64,000 nucleotides of DNA from Candidatus Omnitrophota bacterium (GCA_040753015.1 JBFMHM010000001.1:82731-146730); one strand, 5' to 3'; shown: positions 1 to 9,998, numbered from the stretch's first letter. A program made the numbers and translations. Notes: generated by a model not told the origin, from the sequence alone.

Positions 1-284
1 CCAAAATCCCTTAAAACTAACTGCAATAATTGCACTTCGGAAAAAGCAGGATTTAAAATAAAAGCTGTCTTTATATTAGAATTAGCCTCGCTAAGGAATC
101 TTTTACACAGAGTAGTTTTACCAGCTCCAACCTCACCGGTAATTTTTATAATTCCTTTTCGCTCCTTTACTCCGTATAGCAAATGACTATAAGCTTCTTT
201 ATGTTTTTTGCTTAGAAAAAAAAAGCTTGGATCAGAAGTAACACTAAAAGGTTTTTCTTTTAAATTAAAAAAGTTTCTATACAT
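1..284 (-). CDS. ExeA/GspA-like AAA+ ATPase, N-terminal part (runs off window edge)
   Basis: Manual translation from ATG at 284: MYRNFFNLKEKPFSVTSDPSFFFLSKKHKEAYSHLLYGVKERKGIIKITGEVGAGKTTLC; Walker A GEVGAGKT and the typical ExeA N-terminus. Not in ORF track because it is truncated. Confidence 0.9.
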   Translation of the reverse strand, partial: MYRNFFNLKEKPFSVTSDPSFFFLSKKHKEAYSHLLYGVKERKGIIKITGEVGAGKTTLCKRFLSEANSNIKTAFILNPAFSEVQLLQLVLRDF

Positions 285-475
285 ATCTTTATCATACATG
301 ATTTTATATTTATTATACCAATATTTATACCTTTGTCATTAAAAAATAATCTCGGTTGCTCATCATTATTTAACTTGTTATAATACATAAAACTTTTTTT
401 TATTAAATATAAGGGAGGATGCATGCAAATTCTAATAATCTATTTATCGCGGAATTTTTAAATACGCCATTAACT

Positions 476-1474
476 CTACCACCTAAAACCGACTCCGGCT
501 ACAACAGATAATTCCTTGTTATTTTTTAGTGCTTGCATAAATAATTGGCCATGATTATCAGGAAAAATTTTGGATAGCTTTAAGTTAACGCCTAAATCTT
601 CGCATAAATCATTTCTTAATCTAAGCTCTGCTTCGTAGTTATTTATAAATTTGCAGCTTGCGCCAAAGATAATGCTTCGAATCCTGTTTTGCTCATAAGG
701 CATTTCAAATACTATCCCTAATCTTTCATTAATCTTCCAAGAGCCAAAAATAACAAATTCTTTATTAAACGGTGCTCGGCTGCCAATACCTATTTCATAT
801 TGCAGGCCGCGCCTTGCCGGCTTTGCCACGCTTACCTTAAACTCAAAAAAAGAATTTATTTTTTTATCAAGCACATAAATAATTCTATGTCTGCCAGCAA
901 TTTCCCAAAAACCTTTAAATATAATTTCTCTCTCAATCTTTATTTTCCTTTTTAAAATTGTTTTTGTATATGTGTAGACAATTTGATTTTGCTTATTTAC
1001 CTGCCAAGCACCATTAAAAATAAGCTTATCGTGTAAATCCTTCTCTCGTGAAACAAAAAAAGTTAAACAATTATATCTATCTGTCTGCCATGCGCCAGAA
1101 ATATGTAAAATATAAAAATGGTAATTTCCCTTGGAATCTTTCATTGAAACAGAAAATCCAAGCTCATTCGATCTAGCATCGATAACTTCAGATTTAAAGA
1201 TAATCTTGCTATCTCTAAACTGGCCATCTTTATTTAAACTAAATACAATGTTATGATCCTTATCTAAAGACCAACTGCCCTTAAGCTTTATTTGCTTGGG
1301 GCAATCAGAGAAAGAAGAAAATTTAACCTGATAAATAAGATTATTATTTTTATCTATTTTATAAACTCCGTCAAGAATATTCCTAAATTTAGGAAGACCG
1401 GGGTGTTTTGCCGATTTAAAAATAAGACGATTAGATGGATCAATTTCGTAGGTTAATTTTTTATCTTTTCTCAT
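476..1474 (-). CDS. Hypothetical protein with internal beta-strand repeats and aromatic C-terminus
   Basis: 332-aa ORF; six G-x-(W/Y) motifs (GVYKID, GSWSLD, GAWQTD, GAWQVN, GFWEIA, GSWKIN); ends GVGFRW. Confidence 0.7.
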   Translation of the reverse strand: MRKDKKLTYEIDPSNRLIFKSAKHPGLPKFRNILDGVYKIDKNNNLIYQVKFSSFSDCPKQIKLKGSWSLDKDHNIVFSLNKDGQFRDSKIIFKSEVIDARSNELGFSVSMKDSKGNYHFYILHISGAWQTDRYNCLTFFVSREKDLHDKLIFNGAWQVNKQNQIVYTYTKTILKRKIKIEREIIFKGFWEIAGRHRIIYVLDKKINSFFEFKVSVAKPARRGLQYEIGIGSRAPFNKEFVIFGSWKINERLGIVFEMPYEQNRIRSIIFGASCKFINNYEAELRLRNDLCEDLGVNLKLSKIFPDNHGQLFMQALKNNKELSVVAGVGFRW

Positions 1475-1537
1475 CGCTAGATCATAGCATTTTTATTTTC
1501 TTTGAACAAGGAAGAAATTAAAGTATAATAATAAAAG

Positions 1538-2467
1538 ATGAAAACTACCGAAACAATAAAAGCATGGGCATTATTAAGCCGGCTACCATTTCTTTCGGGT
1601 GGAATAGTGCCTTTTTTATTAGGCTCGCTGATTGCTTTTAAATTCCTACCTATCTTCAATCTACAAATATTTTTATTAGCCCTATTAGCTGTTATTTTAA
1701 TAATGATCATCACTAATTTTAACGGAGAAATTTATGATGTAGCAGAAGACACCTTATCAAGAAAACTTGGTAAGAGTCAATTTGGCGGCGGAAGTCAAAT
1801 GATTATAGAAAATAAGATCAAGTCAAAACATGTAAAAATTGTAAATTTTGTTTTTTTAATTATAACAATTACTATTGGCTGTGTTTTACAATTCTATTAT
1901 CAAACCGGATTATGGACGCTGCCGCTTGGAATAACCGGAATTATATTTGGATTTTTTTATTCTAAACCGCCGTTTCGCTGGGTAAAACGCGGAATAGGCG
2001 AAATAATGATAGGTTATAGCTATGGTTGGCTGCCTGTTATTGTAGGTTTTTATATACAAACTCAAACGATAATTCCAATTTTACATTGGATATCTTTACC
2101 TATTTCCTGCACAATATTCAACGTAATCCTTATTAACGAATTCCCCGACCATTTTGCTGATAAAGAAACAGGAAAGAATAATTTGACTGTACGGCTAGGA
2201 AAGAAAAAGGCTAGTTGGCTATACATATTTGTATCTTTAAGCGCTATTGCTTTATTTTTTATATCTATAAATAAAGGTGCGCCAAAACCTTCATTAATAC
2301 TTTATGTGCCTGTATGCGTATTATCTTTAATTGTATCTTTTATGATGTATAAAAGTCGATATGATGAAAAAAATACACTTGAGAAAATGTGTGCATCTAC
2401 AATAATCATAAACTTAGGCACATCATTAAGTTATATCTTAGGATTTCTAATAACTGAATTCCAATAA
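1538..2467 (+). CDS. menA: UbiA-family prenyltransferase, MenA-like (1,4-dihydroxy-2-naphthoate prenyltransferase)
   Basis: Multi-TM; NxxGExYD..ED, FGGGS, YSKPP and NEFPDHFADKETGK motifs. Confidence 0.8.
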   Translation: MKTTETIKAWALLSRLPFLSGGIVPFLLGSLIAFKFLPIFNLQIFLLALLAVILIMIITNFNGEIYDVAEDTLSRKLGKSQFGGGSQMIIENKIKSKHVKIVNFVFLIITITIGCVLQFYYQTGLWTLPLGITGIIFGFFYSKPPFRWVKRGIGEIMIGYSYGWLPVIVGFYIQTQTIIPILHWISLPISCTIFNVILINEFPDHFADKETGKNNLTVRLGKKKASWLYIFVSLSAIALFFISINKGAPKPSLILYVPVCVLSLIVSFMMYKSRYDEKNTLEKMCASTIIINLGTSLSYILGFLITEFQ

Positions 2468-2650
2468 ATGGAAGCAAAAATAGGACATCTTAAAGTTAGT
2501 ATATTTAAGATTGAAAACAGAAGAGGATATGCTGCTGTTTGCTATAACCATCTCACTGAAGGAAAAACTGCCCAAGAAGCATATGCGCGGATGATCAAGG
2601 CATTAAACCGCACTAATAAAAAAGATCTAAAAAACCCATATAACAATTGA
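2468..2650 (+). CDS. Small hypothetical protein
   Basis: 60-aa ORF abutting the menA stop codon, plausible composition. Confidence 0.6.
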   Translation: MEAKIGHLKVSIFKIENRRGYAAVCYNHLTEGKTAQEAYARMIKALNRTNKKDLKNPYNN

Positions 2651-2675
2651 CAACTACCTATATTTATGTTAAACT
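2647..2675 (+). promoter_or_regulatory. Sigma-70 promoter upstream of guaB3-guaA-dnaE
   Basis: TTGACA (2647-2652), 17 bp, TAAACT (2670-2675) with TG extension. Confidence 0.6.
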
Positions 2676-2717
2676 TTTTATTATTTTAATACCCTAATTT
2701 TAAAGGAAAGGTGGGTT

Positions 2718-3878
2718 ATGGGTGAATGGATAGGTATAAATAAGCGCGCAAGACGGTGTTATGGCTTTGACGAAGTAGCACTTGTTCCGGGTAAAATTAC
2801 AATTAATCCTAATGAAGTAGATACAAATTTCATCCTTGCAGGAAAAAAAATCCGTATCCCAATAATCGCAGCAGCTATGGATGGAGTTGTCGACGTCAAA
2901 TTTGCTATTGCCATGGGTAAACTAGGCGGCCTTGCGATATTAAACCTTGAAGGCGTACAAACTAGATACGATAATCCTAGCGAAGTTTTAGACAGGATTG
3001 CCAAATCATCTCCCGAAGAAGCTACTGAACTCATTCAAAGTATTTATACCCACCCAATTAAAGAAAAATTAATCGCAAAAAGAATAGAAGAAATCAAAAA
3101 AGAAAAAGTAATTGCTGCGGTAAGCTGTACTCCTCAAAACGCGATTAAATTCGGAGAGATAGCACAAAAGGCAAAAGCAGATTTTTTCGTTATACAATCA
3201 ACGGTTACAACAATCACCCATATATCAAGCGAATACAAAACGCTCGATCTCCATAAATTTTGTAAAAAAATTAAACTACCGGTAATCATTGGAAATTGTG
3301 TCACTTATCAAACAACTCTAGAGCTACTTGAAACAGGATGCGCAGGGCTATTAATTGGTATAGGGCCAGGCGCGGCTTGTACCACCAGAGGGGTTCTAGG
3401 AATAGGCGTCCCGCAGGTAACATCAACCATCGATGCTGCCTGCGCAAGAGACTTTCATTATAAAAGAACTGGAAAATATATTCCCATAATAACTGATGGT
3501 GGAATGCGCATCGGCGGCGAAATTTGTAAAGCATTTGCTGCAGGAGCCGATGCAGTAATGGTTGGTTCTGCATTTGCAAGGGCCAAAGAAGCTCCGGGCC
3601 GTGGTTTTCATTGGGGCATGGCAACAAGCCACAGAAATTTACCTCGCGGAACACGCGTAAAGGTAGGCGTAAGCGGTAGCCTTCAAAATATATTATTCGG
3701 ACCTGCAAAAACCGATGATGGTTCACAAAACCTAATGGGAGCGTTAATGACATCTATGGGTTCACTGGGAGCAAAAAATATTAAAGAAATGCATGACGTT
3801 GAAATTATAATTGCACCATCAATTCAAACAGAAGGAAAGATCTTCCAAGCAGTACAAAAAGTTGGAATGGGAAAATAA
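2718..3878 (+). CDS. guaB: IMP dehydrogenase family protein (GuaB3 type, no CBS domains)
   Basis: GIGPGAACTTR catalytic loop, DGG, WGMAT; adjacent to guaA. Confidence 0.9.
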   Translation: MGEWIGINKRARRCYGFDEVALVPGKITINPNEVDTNFILAGKKIRIPIIAAAMDGVVDVKFAIAMGKLGGLAILNLEGVQTRYDNPSEVLDRIAKSSPEEATELIQSIYTHPIKEKLIAKRIEEIKKEKVIAAVSCTPQNAIKFGEIAQKAKADFFVIQSTVTTITHISSEYKTLDLHKFCKKIKLPVIIGNCVTYQTTLELLETGCAGLLIGIGPGAACTTRGVLGIGVPQVTSTIDAACARDFHYKRTGKYIPIITDGGMRIGGEICKAFAAGADAVMVGSAFARAKEAPGRGFHWGMATSHRNLPRGTRVKVGVSGSLQNILFGPAKTDDGSQNLMGALMTSMGSLGAKNIKEMHDVEIIIAPSIQTEGKIFQAVQKVGMGK

Positions 3879-3883
3879 AAAAT

Positions 3884-5512
3884 ATGAAAAAGGCAAAAAG
3901 ATCAGCAAAAAAAATATCCAAACCAAGATCAAAGCTAAGAAAAATCGCACCACGTATTAAAAAAAATAAAAAAATAGAAACTAATAAACCATCTTTGCAA
4001 AAAGAAACAATCCTAATCCTTGATTTTGGTTCACAATATACACAATTAATCGCAAGAAGAATAAGAGAAAGTCATGTCTACAGCCAGATTGTACCATATT
4101 CTATATCTATTGAAAAAATTAAAGAAATTAAACCCAAAGGTATAATCTTATCTGGCGGGCCTGCATCGGTTTATAAAGAGAAAGCGCCATTACCAGCAAG
4201 CCAAATATTTAAATTAGGAATACCTATATTAGGCATCTGCTATGGAATGCAGGTTATTGCTCAAGAATTTGGCGTTAAGGTTAAAACTACAGATCGAAGA
4301 GAATTTGGAAAAACTGAACTTTTTGTTGATGATCCAAAAGATATTTTCTTCAGACTTCCGTCAAATTTTACCTGTTGGATGAGCCATGGAGATTCAATAA
4401 CTAAACTTCCATCTGGTTTTATCAGCTTAGGGCATACTTTAAATACATCTTTTACAGCTATTGCAAACCGCTCAAAAAGAATCTATGGAGTACAATTCCA
4501 TCCAGAAGTAGCCCACACGACAAAAGGCAACGAAATACTATCAAATTTTCTATTTCAGGTATGTTCATGCCGCGGAAACTGGTTAATTAAATCATTTATA
4601 AAAGACTCTATAGAAAATATTAGAAATACAGTCGGTAATAAATCTGTTGTCTTAGGATTAAGCGGAGGAGTTGATTCCTCAGTAGCAGCATCGCTTCTTT
4701 ATAAAGCAATAAAGAAAAATTTGAGGTGTATTTTTATAAATAACGGGCTCTTAAGAGATGGTGAAGCAGAAGAAGTAAAAAGGGTATTTAAAGATGAATT
4801 AAAAATGAACCTTGACTATGTCGATGCTGAAAATAGATTTTTAAAAAGACTCGAAGGTATAATAGACCCTGAAGAGAAAAGAAAAATAATCGGCGAGGAG
4901 TTTGTCAGAGTTTTCGAAGAAAGGGCGCGAAAATTCAAAAAAGCATCTTTTCTCGCGCAAGGTACACTTTACCCGGATGTTATTGAGTCAACCGGCATAA
5001 AAACACACCACAATGTCGGAGGTATCCCAAAAGACCTAAAATTACAACTAATTGAACCACTACGCGATCTTTTTAAAGACGAGGTTAGAGAGATAGGTAA
5101 AGCATTAGGCCTTGCAACTGAAATTATTAACCGGCAGCCATTTCCCGGCCCAGGCCTAGCTGTCCGTATAATTGGGGAAGTAACACCTGAAAGGCTTAGA
5201 TTATTAAGGCATGCCGACAAAAAGGTAAATGAAATATTAAAATCATCTCAAGTAGATACTCCTATATGGCAATCATTTGCTGTGCTTTTGCCGATAAAAA
5301 CTGTCGGAGTTATGGGAGATGACCGCACTTATGAAAATGTTATCGCTATACGCTGTGTAAGCTCAAGCGATGGCATGACTGCTGACTGGGTAAAACTACC
5401 TTACGAAATTCTGGAAAAAATCTCAAACCGTATTGTTAACGAAGTAAAAGGAATAAATCGAGTAGTCTACGACGTATCTACTAAACCTCCTGCAACTATT
5501 GAGTGGGAATGA
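3884..5512 (+). CDS. guaA: GMP synthase (glutamine-hydrolysing)
   Basis: DFGSQY, GICYGMQ, QFHPE, SGGVDS, HHNVGG, C-terminal KPPATIEWE. Confidence 0.97.
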   Translation: MKKAKRSAKKISKPRSKLRKIAPRIKKNKKIETNKPSLQKETILILDFGSQYTQLIARRIRESHVYSQIVPYSISIEKIKEIKPKGIILSGGPASVYKEKAPLPASQIFKLGIPILGICYGMQVIAQEFGVKVKTTDRREFGKTELFVDDPKDIFFRLPSNFTCWMSHGDSITKLPSGFISLGHTLNTSFTAIANRSKRIYGVQFHPEVAHTTKGNEILSNFLFQVCSCRGNWLIKSFIKDSIENIRNTVGNKSVVLGLSGGVDSSVAASLLYKAIKKNLRCIFINNGLLRDGEAEEVKRVFKDELKMNLDYVDAENRFLKRLEGIIDPEEKRKIIGEEFVRVFEERARKFKKASFLAQGTLYPDVIESTGIKTHHNVGGIPKDLKLQLIEPLRDLFKDEVREIGKALGLATEIINRQPFPGPGLAVRIIGEVTPERLRLLRHADKKVNEILKSSQVDTPIWQSFAVLLPIKTVGVMGDDRTYENVIAIRCVSSSDGMTADWVKLPYEILEKISNRIVNEVKGINRVVYDVSTKPPATIEWE

Positions 5513-8500
5513 GCTTTGTCCATTTACATGTTCATACACAATTCAGCTTACTTGATGGCGCCTGCCGCTTAAAAGATTTATTTAAAAAAGCTCAAGATTT
5601 TAAAATGCCCGCCCTTGCAATTACTGACCATGGTAATATGTTTGGCGCAATCGATTTCTATCTTGAAGCAAAAAATTTTAATATAAAGCCAATTATTGGC
5701 TGCGAAATATATATTGCCCCTGGTTCACGCTTCGATAAAAAATTGAGCGCAAGCAAATCAGGTAATACCCGCGAAGAAGCTTCATACCATTTTATCCTTT
5801 TAGCAAAAAACGAGGCTGGCTACAAAAACTTAATGAAATTAGTCAGCATCGGCTATCTGGAAGGATTTTATTATAAACCAAGAATTGATAAAGAAATTTT
5901 AAGCGCACATTCTAACGGCCTAATTGGCCTATCTGCATGCCTAAAAGGGGAAATTCCTCAGGCCCTGCAATTTGATAATTTTAATGATGCGCTAAAAATT
6001 GCTGATGATTTTAGTGCTATATTTGGAAAAGGAAATTTTTATCTCGAGCTACAGGAAAATGGAATTAGAGAACAAAAAAAGGTAAATATCGATCTTTTAA
6101 AAATTGCGAAAAAATTATCGCTGCCAGTTGTTGCAACAAATGATGTGCACTACATAACAAGAGAAACCGCCAAAGCGCACGATGCTCTTTTATGCGTTCA
6201 AACTCAAAATGTCTTAAGCAATTCGAATCGTCTAAAACTTGAAACGGATGAATTTTATTTTAAAAGCGCCGAAGAAATGAAAAACCTATTTAAAGATTAT
6301 CCTCAAGAGATTATTTCTAATACACTAACTATTGCTGAAAGCTGTAATTTAAAACTAGACTTTTCTGAAACTCACTTACCAAAATTTGAACAAGACCAAT
6401 TCTCAAGTAACGAAGAATTTTTAAAGGATTTATGTCTCAAGGGCCTTACAAAAAGGTTCGATAAAATCACTCCGCAAATAAAGGAACGGCTTGACTATGA
6501 ATTAGAAGTTATTAATAAAACAGGATTTATAAGCTACTTTCTAATTGTCTGGGATTTTGTTAATTACGCAAAAAATAATAATATATCCGTCGGCCCAGGC
6601 AGAGGTTCAGCATCAGGCAGTTTAGTTAGTTATTTATTAAACATTACGGATATTGATCCTTTAAAATATGGCTTACTATTTGAAAGATTCCTAAATCCCC
6701 AACGTATAACTATGCCTGATATTGATATTGACTTCTGTTACGAAAGAAGACAAGAAGTAATTAATTATGTGACTAAAAAATATGGGCAGGAGAATGTTGC
6801 TCAAATTATAACTTTTGGAACTATGCAAGCGCGTGCAGCAGTGCGCGATGTAGGCAGAGTTATGGGCTTAAGTTATGCCGACGTCGATAAAATTGCAAAA
6901 ATGATACCACCCGATCCAGGCATCGATTTATCTACCGCGATAAAATCAGAACCCGAGCTAGAAAACATACAAAAAAATGACCCTAATATCAACCAATTAA
7001 TTGAAACAGCGCTCGCCCTTGAAGGCTTAAATAGGCATGCGTCAGTACATGCTGCAGGAGTTCTTATCGCAGATAAAGCATTAACAGAATATACGCCTTT
7101 GTATAAAACTTCTGACGATCAAATTACAACCGGCTATTCAATGGGAATATTAGAAAAAATCGGCTTATTAAAAGTTGATTTTCTGGGCTTACGGACATTA
7201 ACTGTTATTGAAAAAACCTTAAAGATTATTGAACAAACAAAAAATAAAAAAATCTCAATTAACGATATTCCTCTTGACGATAAAAAAACGTTTAGGCTTT
7301 TGGCCAGTGCGGAAACCTATGGTGTTTTTCAGCTGGAAAGTTCGGGAATGAGGGATCTTCTTAAAAAATTAAATCCTGATAGATTCGAAGACTTAATTTC
7401 TTTACTTGCGCTTTATAGGCCTGGGCCTATTGGTTCTGGAATGCTCGATGATTTTATGCAGAGAAAACATGGTAAGATACCGATAAAATATGACCACCCA
7501 AAGCTTGAGCCTATTTTAAAAGATACATATGGCATAATAATATTCCAAGAACAGGTTATGCGTATTGCAAGTGAACTTGCCGGATTCAGCCTTGCCCAAG
7601 CAGATTTGCTTCGCCGAGCAATGGGTAAAAAAATTCCTGAAGTTATGGAAAAACAAAGGATTGATTTTGTTAAAGGCTGCCATAAAAATACAATTGGTGA
7701 AAAACTTGCTAATAAAATATTCGATCTTATGGAATATTTTTCCGGCTACGGTTTTAATTTAAGCCATAGTGCTGCTTATGCAATGATTTCTTATCGCACA
7801 GCATATCTTAAAGCAAACTACTTAGTTGAATTTATGGCCGCGCTTCTAAATAGCGAAAAAAATAATACTGATAAAATTGTTGAATATGTTAGCGAAGCAA
7901 GCCGCTTAAATATAAATGTATTGCCTCCGGATATAAATGAAAGTTTTTCTGATTTTACTGTCATTAACGAAAAAACGATCCGCTTTGGCTTATTGGCAAT
8001 AAAAAACACAGGGGAGGGTGCGATAGAATCAATTGTTAAAGCAAGAGATGATGGAAAATTTAAAACTCTTGAAGACTTATCCCAAAGAATTGATTTAAGA
8101 CTTGCTAACAAAAAAGTTTTAGAGAGCTTAATCAAATCTGGGGCATGTGATTCTTTTGGGCTTTATCGCGCGCAATTAATGATGATACTTGAAGAAGTGC
8201 TTGCTAAATCGCAACGGCTAAACCGCGAACGCGATAAGGGGCAGCTTAGTTTGTTTGACTTTAATATTGACGTAGTAAAAACACCCAATGTGCAAGAATG
8301 GCCAAGTCAACAATTGCTTGCATTTGAAAAAGATTTCTTGGGTTTTTATATAAGCGACCACCCGCTAAACAGCTATTCAAGCACAATTAAAAAATTCAGC
8401 ACACCGCAAATAAACAAGCTTCCCCAACTTAAAGACGGCCAAGATATAAGAATCATTGGCCTAATTTCAAAAATCAAGCATACACTAACACGAGCAAAAA

Positions 8501-8940
8501 GCGAAAAAATGGCGATAATTAGGATAGAAGATTTATCGGGAAATGTTGAGGTTTTAGTTTTTCCAAAAACTTTTAATAAGACTCAAAATAATCTTGGCGC
8601 AAATAACATTGTAGTTGCGTCAGGAAAATTAAACCTAAAAGAAGATTCGCCTAAAATAATTGCTGACGATATTGTGTTGTTAGATGATGCCTTTAGGCTG
8701 ATATCGGGAATCAACATTAGAGTAAAAACACTTACCGAAGATACCCTACAAAATATTAAACAAAGGCTTTCGCTGTTTCCGGGAAAAACTCCAGTGAACC
8801 TATTAATTGAAAATAATCACCCAGAAAAAAAATGCGTCCACATCCGCGTTGGACAAAACCTTTATGTAAACCCAAGCGAAGACTTAATTAGCCAGTTAGA
8901 AAGCTTTATTGGCGAAGATCACCTAAGCTTCTCTTTGTAA
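5509..8940 (+). CDS. dnaE: DNA polymerase III alpha subunit
   Basis: FVHLHVHT PHP domain, GPGRGSA, PDIDIDF, OB fold; ATG overlaps the guaA stop (ATGA). Confidence 0.97.
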   Translation: MSFVHLHVHTQFSLLDGACRLKDLFKKAQDFKMPALAITDHGNMFGAIDFYLEAKNFNIKPIIGCEIYIAPGSRFDKKLSASKSGNTREEASYHFILLAKNEAGYKNLMKLVSIGYLEGFYYKPRIDKEILSAHSNGLIGLSACLKGEIPQALQFDNFNDALKIADDFSAIFGKGNFYLELQENGIREQKKVNIDLLKIAKKLSLPVVATNDVHYITRETAKAHDALLCVQTQNVLSNSNRLKLETDEFYFKSAEEMKNLFKDYPQEIISNTLTIAESCNLKLDFSETHLPKFEQDQFSSNEEFLKDLCLKGLTKRFDKITPQIKERLDYELEVINKTGFISYFLIVWDFVNYAKNNNISVGPGRGSASGSLVSYLLNITDIDPLKYGLLFERFLNPQRITMPDIDIDFCYERRQEVINYVTKKYGQENVAQIITFGTMQARAAVRDVGRVMGLSYADVDKIAKMIPPDPGIDLSTAIKSEPELENIQKNDPNINQLIETALALEGLNRHASVHAAGVLIADKALTEYTPLYKTSDDQITTGYSMGILEKIGLLKVDFLGLRTLTVIEKTLKIIEQTKNKKISINDIPLDDKKTFRLLASAETYGVFQLESSGMRDLLKKLNPDRFEDLISLLALYRPGPIGSGMLDDFMQRKHGKIPIKYDHPKLEPILKDTYGIIIFQEQVMRIASELAGFSLAQADLLRRAMGKKIPEVMEKQRIDFVKGCHKNTIGEKLANKIFDLMEYFSGYGFNLSHSAAYAMISYRTAYLKANYLVEFMAALLNSEKNNTDKIVEYVSEASRLNINVLPPDINESFSDFTVINEKTIRFGLLAIKNTGEGAIESIVKARDDGKFKTLEDLSQRIDLRLANKKVLESLIKSGACDSFGLYRAQLMMILEEVLAKSQRLNRERDKGQLSLFDFNIDVVKTPNVQEWPSQQLLAFEKDFLGFYISDHPLNSYSSTIKKFSTPQINKLPQLKDGQDIRIIGLISKIKHTLTRAKSEKMAIIRIEDLSGNVEVLVFPKTFNKTQNNLGANNIVVASGKLNLKEDSPKIIADDIVLLDDAFRLISGINIRVKTLTEDTLQNIKQRLSLFPGKTPVNLLIENNHPEKKCVHIRVGQNLYVNPSEDLISQLESFIGEDHLSFSL

Positions 8941-8978
8941 GTTCTTGTGCTATAATAAAAAATAAAAAAGGAGGGTAT

Positions 8979-9089
8979 ATGAGTTGGGGATTGTTTGGAC
9001 AAATCGTATTACTAATAATTATATTTTCTTTTGTAAAAACATTTGTGAAATGTATGCACGACACCTGCTGCATAAAGTGTAAAAAATAA
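8979..9089 (+). CDS. Small membrane peptide with Cys-rich tail (36 aa)
   Basis: MSWGLFGQIVLLIIIFSFVKTFVKCMHDTCCIKCKK; AAGGAGG RBS and TGcTATAAT extended -10 upstream; below ORF-track cutoff. Confidence 0.65.
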   Translation: MSWGLFGQIVLLIIIFSFVKTFVKCMHDTCCIKCKK

Positions 9090-9091
9090 TT

Positions 9092-9361
9092 ATGCAAATA
9101 AAAATTGAGCAATTAAGCGAAGAAGAATTGAAAAAGCGAAAAGTTCCATCTTGGCCGATATGGGAAAAAGAAATATCCACTTTTGACTGGCATTATGACG
9201 ATATGGAAGAGTGTTTATTTCTTGAAGGCGATGTTACCGTTACAACGAAAGACGGCAAAAGCGTAAATATTAAGCCCGGCGACTTCGTCACCTTCCCAAA
9301 AGGTTTATCTTGTAGTTGGAATATAAAGAAACCAGTTAAGAAATATTATAGGCTGTTCTGA
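9092..9361 (+). CDS. Cupin domain protein (DUF861/EutQ-like)
   Basis: WPIWEKE..FDWHY..EECLFLEG..GDFVTFPKG..W pattern. Confidence 0.85.
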   Translation: MQIKIEQLSEEELKKRKVPSWPIWEKEISTFDWHYDDMEECLFLEGDVTVTTKDGKSVNIKPGDFVTFPKGLSCSWNIKKPVKKYYRLF

Positions 9362-9540
9362 AGCCATGCCTAACTCTGCTAAGAAAAATATCGAGTGTTT
9401 TATAGCGAGAAATTTTTTTAGCGTTTAGAGTTTGGCATAGTTATTTTGAATTTGCAGTTGTACTTGTAGGGACAGGCCTGTGTGCCTGTCCGAAATAATG
9501 AGATTGAAGAATAATTAAGTTGTGTGTGCCCCCGGAATTT
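9349..9540. repeat. Composite repeat copy 1 (long hairpin + GTAG-REP + TAATTAAGT..CCCCGGAATT)
   Basis: First ~90 bp align with 10148 onwards at offset 799; REP GTAGGGACAGGCCTGTGTGCCTGTCC at 9466-9491. Confidence 0.9.
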
Positions 9541-9572
9541 CTTATAATCTAGTATTATCTGTAAGGAGGAAG

Positions 9573-9998
9573 ATGAGAAAACTAATTAAGCATAAGAATG
9601 TTTCAGAATCAACAGATTTAGCAAGTTTAGTTAATAAAATATATGAACAGTTGGTTAGTCTGGAGAAAAAAGTTGATACATTAATCAATCGGTCTTCAGT
9701 TAGCACCCATAATAGCGGTGATCGTTTCCAAAGGGCTAATTCGCATTTTAGGCGCTCTGATCGCTTTCAAGGGGCAAGATATGAGGAAAGACCCAGAGAA
9801 ATAAATTTTACGCAGGCGGTTTGCGCAGAATGTGGTAAAGAATGCGAAGTTCCTTTTAGGCCCACAGGAGATCGTCCAGTATATTGTAGCGATTGTTTTT
9901 CGGTGCGTAATGATTCTGGATCATCTAGAGGAAAATTCAATAATAATAAGAGAAAGGGTTCATTTTTCCGAAGAAGAAAAGAGCACTCTCGATCTTAA
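9573..9998 (+). CDS. CxxC-x17-CxxC zinc-ribbon domain protein
   Basis: AVCAECGKECEVPFRPTGDRPVYCSDCF; AAGGAGG RBS before ATG 9573. Confidence 0.85.
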   Translation: MRKLIKHKNVSESTDLASLVNKIYEQLVSLEKKVDTLINRSSVSTHNSGDRFQRANSHFRRSDRFQGARYEERPREINFTQAVCAECGKECEVPFRPTGDRPVYCSDCFSVRNDSGSSRGKFNNNKRKGSFFRRRKEHSRS

